Shown: one piece after another, positions 39,096 through 49,257 of the stretch
How the letters are laid out: each line of letters starts with the position of its first letter
Position numbering within the stretch: the first letter of the stretch is position 1
Made by a program: the position numbers and the translations under genes
NCBI GenBank assembly: GCA_910577205.1
Contig: CAJTMA010000007.1
Span: forward strand, 5,373-69,372
Length of the DNA stretch: 64,000 nt
Origin: an uncultured Alphaproteobacteria bacterium
GTDB lineage: Bacteria; Pseudomonadota; Alphaproteobacteria; RF32; CAG-239
Direction: 5' to 3'
The notes under the pieces: generated by a model
What the model was told of the DNA's origin: nothing
What the model saw: only the letters and a program-made list of their open reading frames with translations
Database searches by the model: none

Positions 39096-40913
39096 TTACT
39101 TAAGCTGGGTGCGATAAAGCGAGCGGTAAACGCTGTCTTCTTTCTGCATCAATTCGTCATGGCTGCCCATTTCAACCAATTCGCCATAATTGACGACGAC
39201 AATTTTATCCGCATTACGGACTGTCGACAAACGGTGGGCAATGATAAATACCGTCCGGTCAGCCATGAGGTTATCAATTGCCTGCTGCACAATAGCTTCG
39301 GATTTGTTATCGAGCGCAGAAGTAGCTTCATCCAAAATAACAATCGGCGCGTTTTTAATAAAGGCACGGGCAATCGCAATACGCTGCTTTTGGCCGCCGG
39401 ACAGAAGCACGCCGCGTTCGCCGATTTCGGTATCCAGTCCTTTTTCCAAGGACGCAATAAATTCCTCTAGGCAGGCAGATTTAACCGCGCGGTCTATCTC
39501 GTCCTGCGTTGCATTTTCGCGACCGAGGAGGATATTTTCGCGGATTGTGCCGGCAAACAGGAAATTGTCCTGAAAAACGATGGCAATCTTATCGCGTAAC
39601 GAATCGAGTTCAATGTCGCGCACATCAACGCCGTCAATCTTCACCGAACCGGACATAACGTCATAAAAACGCGGCAAGAGGTTAACCATTGTGGTTTTGC
39701 CGCCGCCGGAATTACCGACAAAGGCAATCGTCTGCCCAACGCCAACTTTCAGATTGACGTGTTTTAATATCGGTTTGCCCGGAACATATTCAAAGCAGAC
39801 GTCCTTGTATTCAATCGTTTTTTCGATTTTTTGAAGCGGTTGAGCATCAGGTTTGTTGGTAATCGCCGGTACTTGTTCCAGCAACCCGAAGACCCGTTCC
39901 ATTGCCATCAGTGACAACTGGACGCTGTTGAAGTTATTGCCGATACTTTTAATCGGGTTATAAAGCATTATCAGCGCGGTGATAAAAGACACAAAGTTAC
40001 CGGCAGAAATCTGTTTAGTGACAATCAGATAGCTGCCAAGCCAGATAATCAGCGCAATACCAAGAGAAACCACAAAGTGCATCAGCGGCGACATCAATCC
40101 GGTACGCTGAATCATCTTAATCCCCAGCTTGAACACACTGTTGAGCGTGTTTCTAAAACGCAGCAATTGATATTGATATAAGTTATAGGATGTCACAATA
40201 CGGTTGCCGTTAAAGGTTTCATTATAATGGGTCATTACTGCCGAACCGGAGAAAATAGTTTTATCCATCAGGCTTTTAATGCGGCGGCGGACAGTCGTTA
40301 AAGGATAAAGAGCTCCCAGCAGCACAACGATTGCAACAATTGCCAACTGCCAAGAGTTATAAATCAACACACCGATTAATGACAGAGAAGAAAAAACACG
40401 GGTTGTAAACAGTTTCAGATTAGACAACAACCCGGCACAGGCCATATCAACATCATAATTAAAGCGGAAAAGAATATCCCCTGAAGTTGATTTGTCAAAA
40501 AATCCGGCGTCATAACGCATCAGCTTTTCAAAAAGGGTAATTTTCAAACCTTGGGAGATTTTCTGCCCCACCCAGGTATTCAGATATGTTGCCGTGTAGT
40601 TTAACAGACTTTGCAAAGAGCTGAAGAGGATAATCAACAACGGAATGTAAGACGTTGAAGCCGTGTTTTTTTCCACCATAACAATATCCATGTACGGCTT
40701 CAAAGACCATGCGATAACAGCATCCATTGAGCCGATGGGAATCGTAATCAACACACCGAGCAAACCGCGAATCCAATATGGTTTCACATAGGGCAGGATT
40801 TTGCAGTAATTACTGATGAGATAGGATGATTTGATTTTTTTTAACAATTTTGCGAACATCATAAACCTTGTTGCGATATTATAAATTACCCACAACATAG
40901 TACATTCTGCCAC
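39096..40913 (-). CDS. MsbA-like ABC exporter (fused permease and ATPase)
   Basis: 605 aa. Six TM helices in the N-terminal half. Walker A GNSGGGKTT, LSGGQKQR signature, Walker B ILDEATSALD. Confidence 0.8.
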   Translation of the reverse strand: MAECTMLWVIYNIATRFMMFAKLLKKIKSSYLISNYCKILPYVKPYWIRGLLGVLITIPIGSMDAVIAWSLKPYMDIVMVEKNTASTSYIPLLIILFSSLQSLLNYTATYLNTWVGQKISQGLKITLFEKLMRYDAGFFDKSTSGDILFRFNYDVDMACAGLLSNLKLFTTRVFSSLSLIGVLIYNSWQLAIVAIVVLLGALYPLTTVRRRIKSLMDKTIFSGSAVMTHYNETFNGNRIVTSYNLYQYQLLRFRNTLNSVFKLGIKMIQRTGLMSPLMHFVVSLGIALIIWLGSYLIVTKQISAGNFVSFITALIMLYNPIKSIGNNFNSVQLSLMAMERVFGLLEQVPAITNKPDAQPLQKIEKTIEYKDVCFEYVPGKPILKHVNLKVGVGQTIAFVGNSGGGKTTMVNLLPRFYDVMSGSVKIDGVDVRDIELDSLRDKIAIVFQDNFLFAGTIRENILLGRENATQDEIDRAVKSACLEEFIASLEKGLDTEIGERGVLLSGGQKQRIAIARAFIKNAPIVILDEATSALDNKSEAIVQQAIDNLMADRTVFIIAHRLSTVRNADKIVVVNYGELVEMGSHDELMQKEDSVYRSLYRTQLK

Positions 40914-40947
40914 TGTTTGGCAAGCGGAATTAGCTAAATATCAATTT

Positions 40948-41892
40948 TTAATTGGATATTTCTAACCCTGACAACAGTACAGGCGAAATATCATAAACTT
41001 GCAGAAAGCCTGTTGCGTCTTTCTGACAAGCCCGCGGGTGGCTGTTGGTGCAGCGGACACCTGAGATTAAGCCGGAATCTTGCATCCGTTGCAGCGCGCC
41101 GTCAATAAATACACCATGGACAACGGCAACATAAACTTCTGCCGCTCCGGCATCTTTGTAAGCACGCGCAGCATTGATAATCGAACTTCCCGAGCGTATC
41201 ATATCATCATAGATAACCACTCTGCGACCGGAAACATTCGCATTAAGTGCCGTCACTTCCGTATGCGTACCGGACAAGCGTTGTTTCATAATATAGGCAC
41301 TGTCTAACCCCAGACGTCCGCTCATTTTCTGCACCCATTTGGCTCGCCCCATGTCTGCCGTTGCCAGAACAATATCCGGTCCGATGTCTGACAGCATTCG
41401 AGCCACAACAGGCTCCGCCGTCAGGTGAACCGGACGCACTGAACCTTCAAAGTAATATTGTGTTCCCAAGGAGTGTAAATCCATCATATAGATAAAATTG
41501 CCATTGGCCGAACGGGGAATGGAGCTTAGCAGCCGGGCAATATTTTTGGCAATCACAACCTCACCCCGTTTGGTTGACCGCTCCATTGTCGAATATCCAA
41601 AATATGGTATTACGATATGCAGAGAAGAGCACTGTTCCATAACCAGTGCGCTGCAAATATTATAGAGTTCAAGAATCGCGGCATCGTCAATTGTCCCCGC
41701 CACATAGACTGCCGGACGGTTCAAAATCTCTTTGGAATTCAGCAGACGGTAATAATTTTCACCGTCCGGAAAAAGTTTGTGTTCAAATTCTCCAGGACAA
41801 AGAGAAAATAAGGCATCGGATGTTCCTGCCATTTTTTCAGCCAGATACGCATAAGCCTGCGATGAAAACAAATTTGCAACTTTATCGCTCAT
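40948..41892 (-). CDS. prs: ribose-phosphate pyrophosphokinase family protein (PRPP synthetase-like)
   Basis: 314 aa. PRPP-binding loop VVIYDDMIRSGSSI and an N-terminal Prs-like domain. Confidence 0.7.
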   Translation of the reverse strand: MSDKVANLFSSQAYAYLAEKMAGTSDALFSLCPGEFEHKLFPDGENYYRLLNSKEILNRPAVYVAGTIDDAAILELYNICSALVMEQCSSLHIVIPYFGYSTMERSTKRGEVVIAKNIARLLSSIPRSANGNFIYMMDLHSLGTQYYFEGSVRPVHLTAEPVVARMLSDIGPDIVLATADMGRAKWVQKMSGRLGLDSAYIMKQRLSGTHTEVTALNANVSGRRVVIYDDMIRSGSSIINAARAYKDAGAAEVYVAVVHGVFIDGALQRMQDSGLISGVRCTNSHPRACQKDATGFLQVYDISPVLLSGLEISN

Positions 41893-42070
41893 GATATTCC
41901 TTTCCTGATGTGAGATATTAATTTAATCTGATAAACTTTAATTTTCAGCTAATAATTATGCTTTATCTTATTGATAATTTAAATTATAGTATGTCGGTCA
42001 AAGAAAGTAAAAACTTTGAATTTTTATATTTCTTTGGTGAATGTAACTTTCAATTCACTATGAGGAAAAA

Positions 42071-43147
42071 ATGAAAATATTAGTCGGAATGAGCGGCGGA
42101 GTTGATTCTTCCGCGGCTGCTTTGTTGTTAAAGAAAGCCGGGTACGACGTTATCGGCGCAACAATGTCTATTTGGGATAAATCTCAAAATTTTGCAGGCA
42201 TGACAGGAAAAGAAGGGTGTTTCAGTCCACATGAAGAACAGGATGTGGAAGCGGCGAAAAAAGTTTGTGCCAAGCTTGATATTCCTTACCATGTTATTGA
42301 CTGCACCGAGGAATATAAAAAAATCGTCTTATCCAATTTCAAATCGGAATATTTGGCAGGAAGAACACCGAATCCTTGCGTTTTATGCAATGCAACCATT
42401 AAATTTGCAGCTCTTCCCCGCGCTGCCAAAGCTTTGGGACTGGAATTTGATAAATTTGCAACCGGGCATTATGCCGGATTAGGCTATGATGAAACCACAA
42501 AACGTTACCAGCTGCATTGCGGCAAAGATTTACGCAAAGATCAGGCTTATTTTTTATATCGTCTGACACAAGAGCAGCTTTCTGAAATTTTATTGCCCCT
42601 CGGCGACTACAGCAAGCAGGAAATCCGCGATTTGGCCAGAGAAGCAGGCTTAGAAGTTTGCGACAAACCCGACAGTCAGGATTTTTATTCCGGTGACATC
42701 AATGATATCATTCAAGAAGAACCCAAAACAGGAAATTTTGTTGACAAGGACGGAAAAATCCTCGGGCAGCACCATGGCTTTTGGAACTTTACCATCGGGC
42801 AGCGCCGCGGATTGGGAATCGCTGCGGAAAAGCCGTTGTATGTCATTGAACTGCGCCCTGAACAAAATGAAGTGGTATTAGGATTTGCTGACCAAACGCT
42901 GCAAAAAGGCCTCGAAGCTAACCGGCTCAACTGGGTTTCAATTTCCAAACCCTCTGCACCGTTTTGCTGCCAAGCGAAAATCCGCTCATCTCAGAAAGCA
43001 GTTCAAGTCCGTGTTTCCCCTCTTGGGAATGACAGTGTCAAAGTGGAATTTGAAGATTTACAAAAAGCATTAACTCCCGGACAATCCGTCGTTTTCTATG
43101 ACGGGAGCTTATTGCTCGGCGGCGGATTTATCACGGAAGCTTATTAA
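42071..43147 (+). CDS. mnmA: tRNA-specific 2-thiouridylase MnmA
   Basis: 358 aa. PP-loop VGMSGGVDSS and the catalytic Cys region NPCVLCN. Confidence 0.9.
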   Translation: MKILVGMSGGVDSSAAALLLKKAGYDVIGATMSIWDKSQNFAGMTGKEGCFSPHEEQDVEAAKKVCAKLDIPYHVIDCTEEYKKIVLSNFKSEYLAGRTPNPCVLCNATIKFAALPRAAKALGLEFDKFATGHYAGLGYDETTKRYQLHCGKDLRKDQAYFLYRLTQEQLSEILLPLGDYSKQEIRDLAREAGLEVCDKPDSQDFYSGDINDIIQEEPKTGNFVDKDGKILGQHHGFWNFTIGQRRGLGIAAEKPLYVIELRPEQNEVVLGFADQTLQKGLEANRLNWVSISKPSAPFCCQAKIRSSQKAVQVRVSPLGNDSVKVEFEDLQKALTPGQSVVFYDGSLLLGGGFITEAY

Positions 43148-44031
43148 AATTTGACGTTCAGCAGAACTTTGCGGTAAAATTCTAAAACAGCGCGAATCTT
43201 TGGAATATCTTTGGTTAAACGGTGCGCAACCAGATAAAATGTCATTTGCGGTTTCATGGTGATATTCTTTAAGCGGACTAAATCCGTATCGCGGGTTTCA
43301 TCGTGAACCATAATTCCAATGCCGCCACCGCTGCGGACAACATTGGCAATAGAATGGTTAGAGTTTGAGGTAAAACTGATGTAAGACCCTCTGCTCATAA
43401 TATCTTTCCATTCTTTCAAGTAACGGTAATTAATCAGCTTGCCGCAAATACGGTGATTTTGAATGAGGTCTTCCAAATCTTTAGGTTCGCCATACTTTGC
43501 CAGATAAGAGGGCGCGGCCACAAAGCTACAGCTAATCACTTTGCTTTCGACGATAACCAAATCAGAACCGCTCGGCGGCTCCAGCATAAAACCTAAATCA
43601 ACGTCCAAAACATTAAGGTTTGGCGATTGGTAATGGGATACAGATTCGATACGGATATTGGGATAATTTTGCCAGAATTCATCAATTCCATCAGCGTGCA
43701 AAACGGAAGCAACAGCCAAAGGCAAGCCGACCCGCACCACACCGGACATGGTATTTTTATGAGAGGCAACAACATCTACGCCGCGGATAACCTTTTTGAC
43801 ATCAAATCCCATTTTGATAATATGCTGCGCTTCATGCGTCAGAACCGATCCTCGCCCATTGCTGGTTACCAGTTTGATACCCAGCTCTTTCTCCAAATCG
43901 GCCAAATACTTATTAAGCGTATCAACTGACAGGCTGAGCGACTCGGCTACTTTTTTCTTACTATTGTTCTCTGCAAGGGCAACCAACATCAACAGCCCTT
44001 CCAGTTTAGCAATATCCTGTTTGCTAATCAT
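43144..44031 (-). CDS. LysR-family transcriptional regulator
   Basis: 295 aa. N-terminal HTH (LVALAENNSKKKVAESLSLSVDTLNKYLADLEKELGIKL) and a C-terminal substrate-binding domain. Confidence 0.8.
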   Translation of the reverse strand: MISKQDIAKLEGLLMLVALAENNSKKKVAESLSLSVDTLNKYLADLEKELGIKLVTSNGRGSVLTHEAQHIIKMGFDVKKVIRGVDVVASHKNTMSGVVRVGLPLAVASVLHADGIDEFWQNYPNIRIESVSHYQSPNLNVLDVDLGFMLEPPSGSDLVIVESKVISCSFVAAPSYLAKYGEPKDLEDLIQNHRICGKLINYRYLKEWKDIMSRGSYISFTSNSNHSIANVVRSGGGIGIMVHDETRDTDLVRLKNITMKPQMTFYLVAHRLTKDIPKIRAVLEFYRKVLLNVKF

Positions 44032-44063
44032 TCCGCCTATCCCCGCCTGTCAGCCACAGTCTG

Positions 44064-44576
44064 TTAGACTTCCCAACTACGGGAAAACTCTTCGTCTTTA
44101 AATAACGATGCCAAGCCGGTTATTTGTTTGAGGCGCAGCACTTCATCGGCAGACATTCCGATATTGCGGCAAATCCACGAATCGCTTTTGCCCATTTCCA
44201 ACAACTCGGCAACAATGTTGCTCATCAAATCTACATTGTGACTACCGCGCGCACGGTTATGGCGGATGGTAGAAGCCATACGATCGCCCAGCGGTTTGTC
44301 AATCACAACAACAGGCATCAAGCCGCGTTCCCGCTCATAAATACGCGGGCTGGTCATCATTGTGGTATAGCGGTGGAAGCCGTCAACGACGATATATTCA
44401 TCATTTTCTTTATCATAATAACAAACAATCGGCTGGGTATAACCATCCTCCCAGATGGAAATTTCCAGCAATTTCATTTCCGGAGGAGCTACACGGTTCG
44501 GGTTGTAGTCGTTAGCTTTAATTTTTTCGACTGGAATAGCCTGTACATTATAGACCGGACTCTTAAATTCACTCAT
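44064..44576 (-). CDS. ParB-like nuclease domain protein (IbrB/YbdM-like)
   Basis: 170 aa. ParB-N/sulfiredoxin-like core VEKIKANDYNPNRV...IVVDGFHRY. Confidence 0.65.
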   Translation of the reverse strand: MSEFKSPVYNVQAIPVEKIKANDYNPNRVAPPEMKLLEISIWEDGYTQPIVCYYDKENDEYIVVDGFHRYTTMMTSPRIYERERGLMPVVVIDKPLGDRMASTIRHNRARGSHNVDLMSNIVAELLEMGKSDSWICRNIGMSADEVLRLKQITGLASLFKDEEFSRSWEV

Positions 44577-44586
44577 TAGTCATTCC

Positions 44587-45924
44587 TCACAAATTACGAT
44601 ATTTTTCCATTAATTCCCGTTCACGCTCCGCCTGTTTTTTGGTTTGGGTAAAGCCCATATATTTGCAGAGGTGGTCATTTTTCAAGATACAGACCGCCAT
44701 ACGCTTCCATGACGGAATGTCGATAGATGATTTGATGTCATCCGTGTTGTCCGGCGTTCCGAGAAAACGAATTTTATCGCGCGTTTTATTGTAACCGCTC
44801 GGACCGTTATGGCGGATGGGATAGTTACAATCCTCCAATTCTTTCAATGCCGCTTCATTAACCACGCCGCCTTTTTTCCACCAAAAACGAATGGAGGTTT
44901 TGAATTTGGCAACATAGTTCTGGCGCATACTTTCAGGAAGCGTCGCCAGCAAAAACTTGACATAAGAACGCCAGGTATGCCCCGGAGGAAGCGTAAACTT
45001 GCGAGCGCCTAAAGCTTTGGTATTGCCATAAATAGCTCCAAAATTAGCACCCTGCACCCGCCCGACAACGCGAATCCATGTATCCGGCTCTAAGACGCGA
45101 TATAAGTTCAAGCTGTCTTTGGCACTTTCATGGTAAGGGCTGGCAACGCGCATTTGGTTAATTGACAAACCGGCCTTATAGAAGAGGTCATAAATGTGGT
45201 TATAATCATAGTCATATTTGCCGTTAGCGACCCAGACATCCTTGGTTGTCCAGTCATACAGCGGATAAGCATGGTAGAAGTCCTTGCCCATTTTAGTCGT
45301 CCATTTGCCTTCGCCAAAACTGGTTTTCCGTTCGTTGGCATAGGCTCTGTATCGGTTCAGGGATTCATCGGCGCGAATGCCCAGCAGGCAGATTGTTGTC
45401 CCTTCATGCTGTCTGGCATACCATCTGCCAAATTCTGCATAAAAGTCTTCCTGCGGCATTTTATATTTATAAAAATCAAAGTTATGGTTTTCCAACTTGA
45501 TAATGTAGTCCTGCTTAGGCATAGAGCGCACCCAGGCGGCTTTTTTATCCGGGTCCCATGTATACCAATACATTTGGTAATTGCTTACAGCACAGCGCGA
45601 GGCCTGCGGAATGCAGACCCAATAAGGCTCAATATCATTAATATTGTTTTCAAACATACGGGTAACATAATCCGTTGTTGTCTGGTATTGCGCTTCAAAA
45701 TCCTGGTGGAAAACGCCGATTTTCTTCTGGATATTATTACGGCGTTTATAATCCAGCACCATGTTGAGCAGCAGGCCGCTGTCTTTGCCGCCGGAGAAAG
45801 ACACATAAATATTGTCAAAGTTATCAAATATATATTTCAAACGAGCCTGTGTCGCCTCGTACACATTGATATCCAAATATTTTTTCACAGTCGCAATGCC
45901 TCCTCTTTCGTAATCATATGGCAA
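44587..45924 (-). CDS. PAPS-reductase-family ATP pyrophosphatase, IbrA/YbdN-like (DUF3440-like C-terminus)
   Basis: 445 aa. PP-loop SFSGGKDSG near the N-terminus, with a long C-terminal extension. Gene order with the ParB-like and LysR genes mirrors E. coli ybdN-ybdM-ybdO. Confidence 0.65.
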   Translation of the reverse strand: MPYDYERGGIATVKKYLDINVYEATQARLKYIFDNFDNIYVSFSGGKDSGLLLNMVLDYKRRNNIQKKIGVFHQDFEAQYQTTTDYVTRMFENNINDIEPYWVCIPQASRCAVSNYQMYWYTWDPDKKAAWVRSMPKQDYIIKLENHNFDFYKYKMPQEDFYAEFGRWYARQHEGTTICLLGIRADESLNRYRAYANERKTSFGEGKWTTKMGKDFYHAYPLYDWTTKDVWVANGKYDYDYNHIYDLFYKAGLSINQMRVASPYHESAKDSLNLYRVLEPDTWIRVVGRVQGANFGAIYGNTKALGARKFTLPPGHTWRSYVKFLLATLPESMRQNYVAKFKTSIRFWWKKGGVVNEAALKELEDCNYPIRHNGPSGYNKTRDKIRFLGTPDNTDDIKSSIDIPSWKRMAVCILKNDHLCKYMGFTQTKKQAERERELMEKYRNL

Positions 45925-47141
45925 ACGTTTGACAGAACGTTCTTTTTGCGTTCAAGGTTATCATTAATCAGTTGTTCCAAATTGGTTTTTACCCAAAAGT
46001 CATAAATGTTTAGTTTACGGGCAATGCCTTTGCTGCTGATGCTGTCCAACCCTTCCACCTTACATTTATAATCAAAAGTCTGTGAAAAATATATAATATT
46101 ATTACACAATTGCATATCTAAACCGAATTTATCAACACCATAAGTGCAAAACATGATATCGGCATGACGCTCAAACTCTTTGATGGCTTTACGCTTGTTG
46201 GATTTGCCGGTTAACTCGACAAATTTGACATCCCCGAAAAATTTACTTTCTTTGAAAAAAGTAATTTCATCTAAAAACTTAATAAAAATAATAACTTTTT
46301 CCCCTCTGGCCAAAATCTGTTTAACCAGCTCCCGCAAGGCTTCCAGCTTGTTTTGTGACAGCGTATACATCCGCTGGAAATTTTGCACAACATCCATAAA
46401 CGCTACCTGTTCCCGCTCTTGCAGAAAGAGATTTTTTTCATCATTATAACTTTCTTCTTCACGCGGTGTCAGTTCAAAATATTGGTTCCTGTGGGTAATT
46501 TCGATTTCTTCTCCGAAATCATACCCCAAGACATAGGGTTTTATGTATTCAAAAAGGCGTTGTTCGTCTTCAGGGCGCGACCACTGCTTTATGACAAGAT
46601 AGTTACTATAGCTGGAAGGCATAAAGATATGACCGAACTGGTTTTCATTCATACGCAAAATCCGCGTATCCAGAAATTCTATTTGCGAATATAAATCAAT
46701 TAATCCCTGTGTCAACGGTATACTGCTCAATATCAGGCGGTAACTGAATTTAGAACTTAAGGAAAGAAGGCGCTGTGTTCGGCCAGCTTCTGTGTTTTTG
46801 ATGGTAATACTTTCGTCTACAACGCAAAAAATTTTAAAATTATGGATTAAATTATAAAGCTCTAGGTACTTCTCATCAGAAACAGACACACTCTCTATTG
46901 AATAAAAATATATGCGGTGGCGGAAAGTGCGGTTGTTCTTTTTAATCTCATTCATATAAGAACGAGTCGCCAGAAATCCTGACGGGGCTATCCAAATAAT
47001 AAAATCAACCTCGTCCAGTTTTTCTTCAACCAAAGCCAAGGCCATTTGAATTTTTTTAACGGCTTGGTTTATGAATAAAATGCCCGATCGCAAATCGCTT
47101 AATTTTTGGTGAGCTGCCATCAATACATCATCTTTTATCAT
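45885..47141 (-). CDS. SNF2/DEAD-like helicase core fragment lacking motif I (possibly N-terminally truncated)
   Basis: 418 aa. DExx box CVVDESI, SNF2 motif III-like LILSSIPLTQG, and helicase-C motifs (KVIIFIKF..., VELTGKS, FCTYGVDKFGLDMQ). No Walker A. Only 147 bp separate it from divergent flgI. Confidence 0.5.
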   Translation of the reverse strand: MIKDDVLMAAHQKLSDLRSGILFINQAVKKIQMALALVEEKLDEVDFIIWIAPSGFLATRSYMNEIKKNNRTFRHRIYFYSIESVSVSDEKYLELYNLIHNFKIFCVVDESITIKNTEAGRTQRLLSLSSKFSYRLILSSIPLTQGLIDLYSQIEFLDTRILRMNENQFGHIFMPSSYSNYLVIKQWSRPEDEQRLFEYIKPYVLGYDFGEEIEITHRNQYFELTPREEESYNDEKNLFLQEREQVAFMDVVQNFQRMYTLSQNKLEALRELVKQILARGEKVIIFIKFLDEITFFKESKFFGDVKFVELTGKSNKRKAIKEFERHADIMFCTYGVDKFGLDMQLCNNIIYFSQTFDYKCKVEGLDSISSKGIARKLNIYDFWVKTNLEQLINDNLERKKNVLSNVCHMITKEEALRL

Positions 47142-47288
47142 AGTCGTTTCCTTAAGTTTATTAGTACCTATCTAATATATAATATCACAATAAAAACTTC
47201 CAAGCTTCTCTTAATAGTTGCCAATAGCGTTTTTGGCACGGATATTGCATATGCTCACACAAGTTTATTGTATTTTTGGTAGGATGTT

Positions 47289-48419
47289 ATGGTTATGACA
47301 ACTCTTTTATTTAAGAAATCTGCGGTGTTCAGCATTGTTTGCGCTATGTGGCTGGGAATAGCACCTTCCGCAGCAGCAAGCTCGCGAATAAAAGATATTG
47401 CCGACTTTGAAGGAGTCAGAGAGAACCAATTGGTCGGTTACGGCCTGGTTGTGGGTTTAAACGGCAGCGGCGATAACATCAAATCCATCAATTTCACCAA
47501 GGAAAGTTTAATCAGTATGCTCGACCAACTTGGCATTAATGCCAGAGATGGGCAGCTGAAGTCCAAAAACATAGCCGCGGTGATGGTTACGGCCAGCCTG
47601 CCGGCTTTTGCCCGTCAAGGCAGCCGGATTGACGTTATGGTCAGCGCTATGGGCGATGCCAAGAGCCTGCAAGGCGGTACTTTGGTTGCCACGCCGCTGG
47701 TCGGTGCCAATGGCGAGGTATATGCTGTTGCGCAAGGGCAAATAGCAACCGGCAGCGTCGCCGCACAGTCCGGCGGCACTTCGGTTACCCGCGGTGTTCC
47801 GACATCGGGAAGAATCGCCAACGGCGCAATTATTGAAAATGAAATTCAATTTGCTTTGGACAGCCTTGATAATATCCGCATTGCCCTGCGCAATCCGGAT
47901 TTCACCACCGCACGCAGAGTATCCGATGCGATTAACGCCATGTTGGGGCAGCCGGCAGCAAAAGCTACTGACCCGGCAACTGTCGACCTGCAAATTCCGC
48001 AGGAATATCAGGACAAGGTGGTTGATTTGATGACAAAAATCGAACAGTTGCAAGTCCAGCCGGATCAGCTAGCCAAAGTTGTCATCGACGAAAGTTCCGG
48101 CATTATCGTTATCGGCAAAGATGTTAAAATTAACAAGCTGGCAATTGCCCAAGGAAACCTGACCATCAAAATTTCTGAAATTCCGTTGGTTTCCCAGCCC
48201 CTACCCTTTACCGGCGGCACAACAATTACCCGTAATGTGACGGCTATTGACATTAATGAAGAGGTTAACAGCAAACTGAGCGTGTTGGATACCGGCGTAA
48301 ATCTGCAGGAACTGGTAGACGGACTGAATGCATTGGGCGTTACCCCGAGGGATTTAATCAGCATTTTGCAAGCGGTTAAGGCCAGCGGCGCATTACAGGC
48401 TGACATAGAGGTTATTTAA
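47289..48419 (+). CDS. flgI: flagellar P-ring protein FlgI
   Basis: 376 aa. Signal peptide, then RIKDIADFEGVRENQLVGYGLVVGLNGSGD. Confidence 0.9.
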   Translation: MVMTTLLFKKSAVFSIVCAMWLGIAPSAAASSRIKDIADFEGVRENQLVGYGLVVGLNGSGDNIKSINFTKESLISMLDQLGINARDGQLKSKNIAAVMVTASLPAFARQGSRIDVMVSAMGDAKSLQGGTLVATPLVGANGEVYAVAQGQIATGSVAAQSGGTSVTRGVPTSGRIANGAIIENEIQFALDSLDNIRIALRNPDFTTARRVSDAINAMLGQPAAKATDPATVDLQIPQEYQDKVVDLMTKIEQLQVQPDQLAKVVIDESSGIIVIGKDVKINKLAIAQGNLTIKISEIPLVSQPLPFTGGTTITRNVTAIDINEEVNSKLSVLDTGVNLQELVDGLNALGVTPRDLISILQAVKASGALQADIEVI

Positions 48420-48420
48420 G

Positions 48421-48783
48421 ATGGAAAACGCGCAGATTAACAGTTTTGACACGGCGGCGTTGGCTTTATATCAAAAGCCGAATACGTCACTGACGGGAAA
48501 GAAAACGGTCAGTCAGGAAGAAGCAGAAAAGGCAGCTAAAGACTTTGAGGCTTTTTTCATCAGCCGAATGATGGAAACAATGTTTGAAGGGATTTCCACA
48601 GACGGAATGTTTGGCGGCGGTCAGGCGGAAAAAGTTTACCGCTCGCTATTGATTAACGAATATGGCAAAGCTATGGCCAAAACCGGAAGCATCGGTGTTG
48701 CCGACGAGGTTATGCGTTCAATTATCGAAATGCAGGAAATGGCTTCGCAAGGCTATATCAACGGTACTAATGCAAGACAGTGA
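48421..48783 (+). CDS. flgJ: flagellar rod-binding protein (FlgJ N-terminal-domain-only type)
   Basis: 120 aa. Rod_binding-like FEAFFISRMMETMF...GGGQAE. No muramidase domain. Confidence 0.65.
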   Translation: MENAQINSFDTAALALYQKPNTSLTGKKTVSQEEAEKAAKDFEAFFISRMMETMFEGISTDGMFGGGQAEKVYRSLLINEYGKAMAKTGSIGVADEVMRSIIEMQEMASQGYINGTNARQ

Positions 48784-49247
48784 GGTGTGAGATGGAACAT
48801 TCAGGACAACAGATTGATGTTCAGCAGAAGATAAGCGATTATCAGGAAATTATCCATACTTTTGCCGCTCTGCTGCAAGAAGAAAATCAGGCTTTACGCG
48901 ATTATGACGTTGTGAGCGTCAGCGAACTGTATGAGCAAAAAGCACAGATTGTAACCGTTTATCGCAATTTGGTAGCTTTTTTCATCAAACATCAGGAAAT
49001 TTTGGCATCTATGGAAAGTACAGCCAAAGCCAATCTGAAAGAAGCCTCTCTGAAGCTTGATGCCCTGCTTCAGGAAAATAACTTATTATTACAAACCAGA
49101 ATGGAAACCAGCAAATCGGTTATCGGCACGATTGTCAATGTTGCCAAGATGACAACGAAATCCAATTCGACATCTTATGGCGCGCAGGGGCAGTTCTCGC
49201 CGCTTGATAACCAACACAGCGCGCTGGCCGTCAACAGAACTTTATAG
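48780..49247 (+). CDS. FlgN-like flagellar export chaperone (putative)
   Basis: 155 aa alpha-helical protein sitting between flgJ and flgK. The assignment rests mainly on its position. Confidence 0.35.
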   Translation: MRCEMEHSGQQIDVQQKISDYQEIIHTFAALLQEENQALRDYDVVSVSELYEQKAQIVTVYRNLVAFFIKHQEILASMESTAKANLKEASLKLDALLQENNLLLQTRMETSKSVIGTIVNVAKMTTKSNSTSYGAQGQFSPLDNQHSALAVNRTL

Positions 49248-49257
49248 GAGTTGAATC

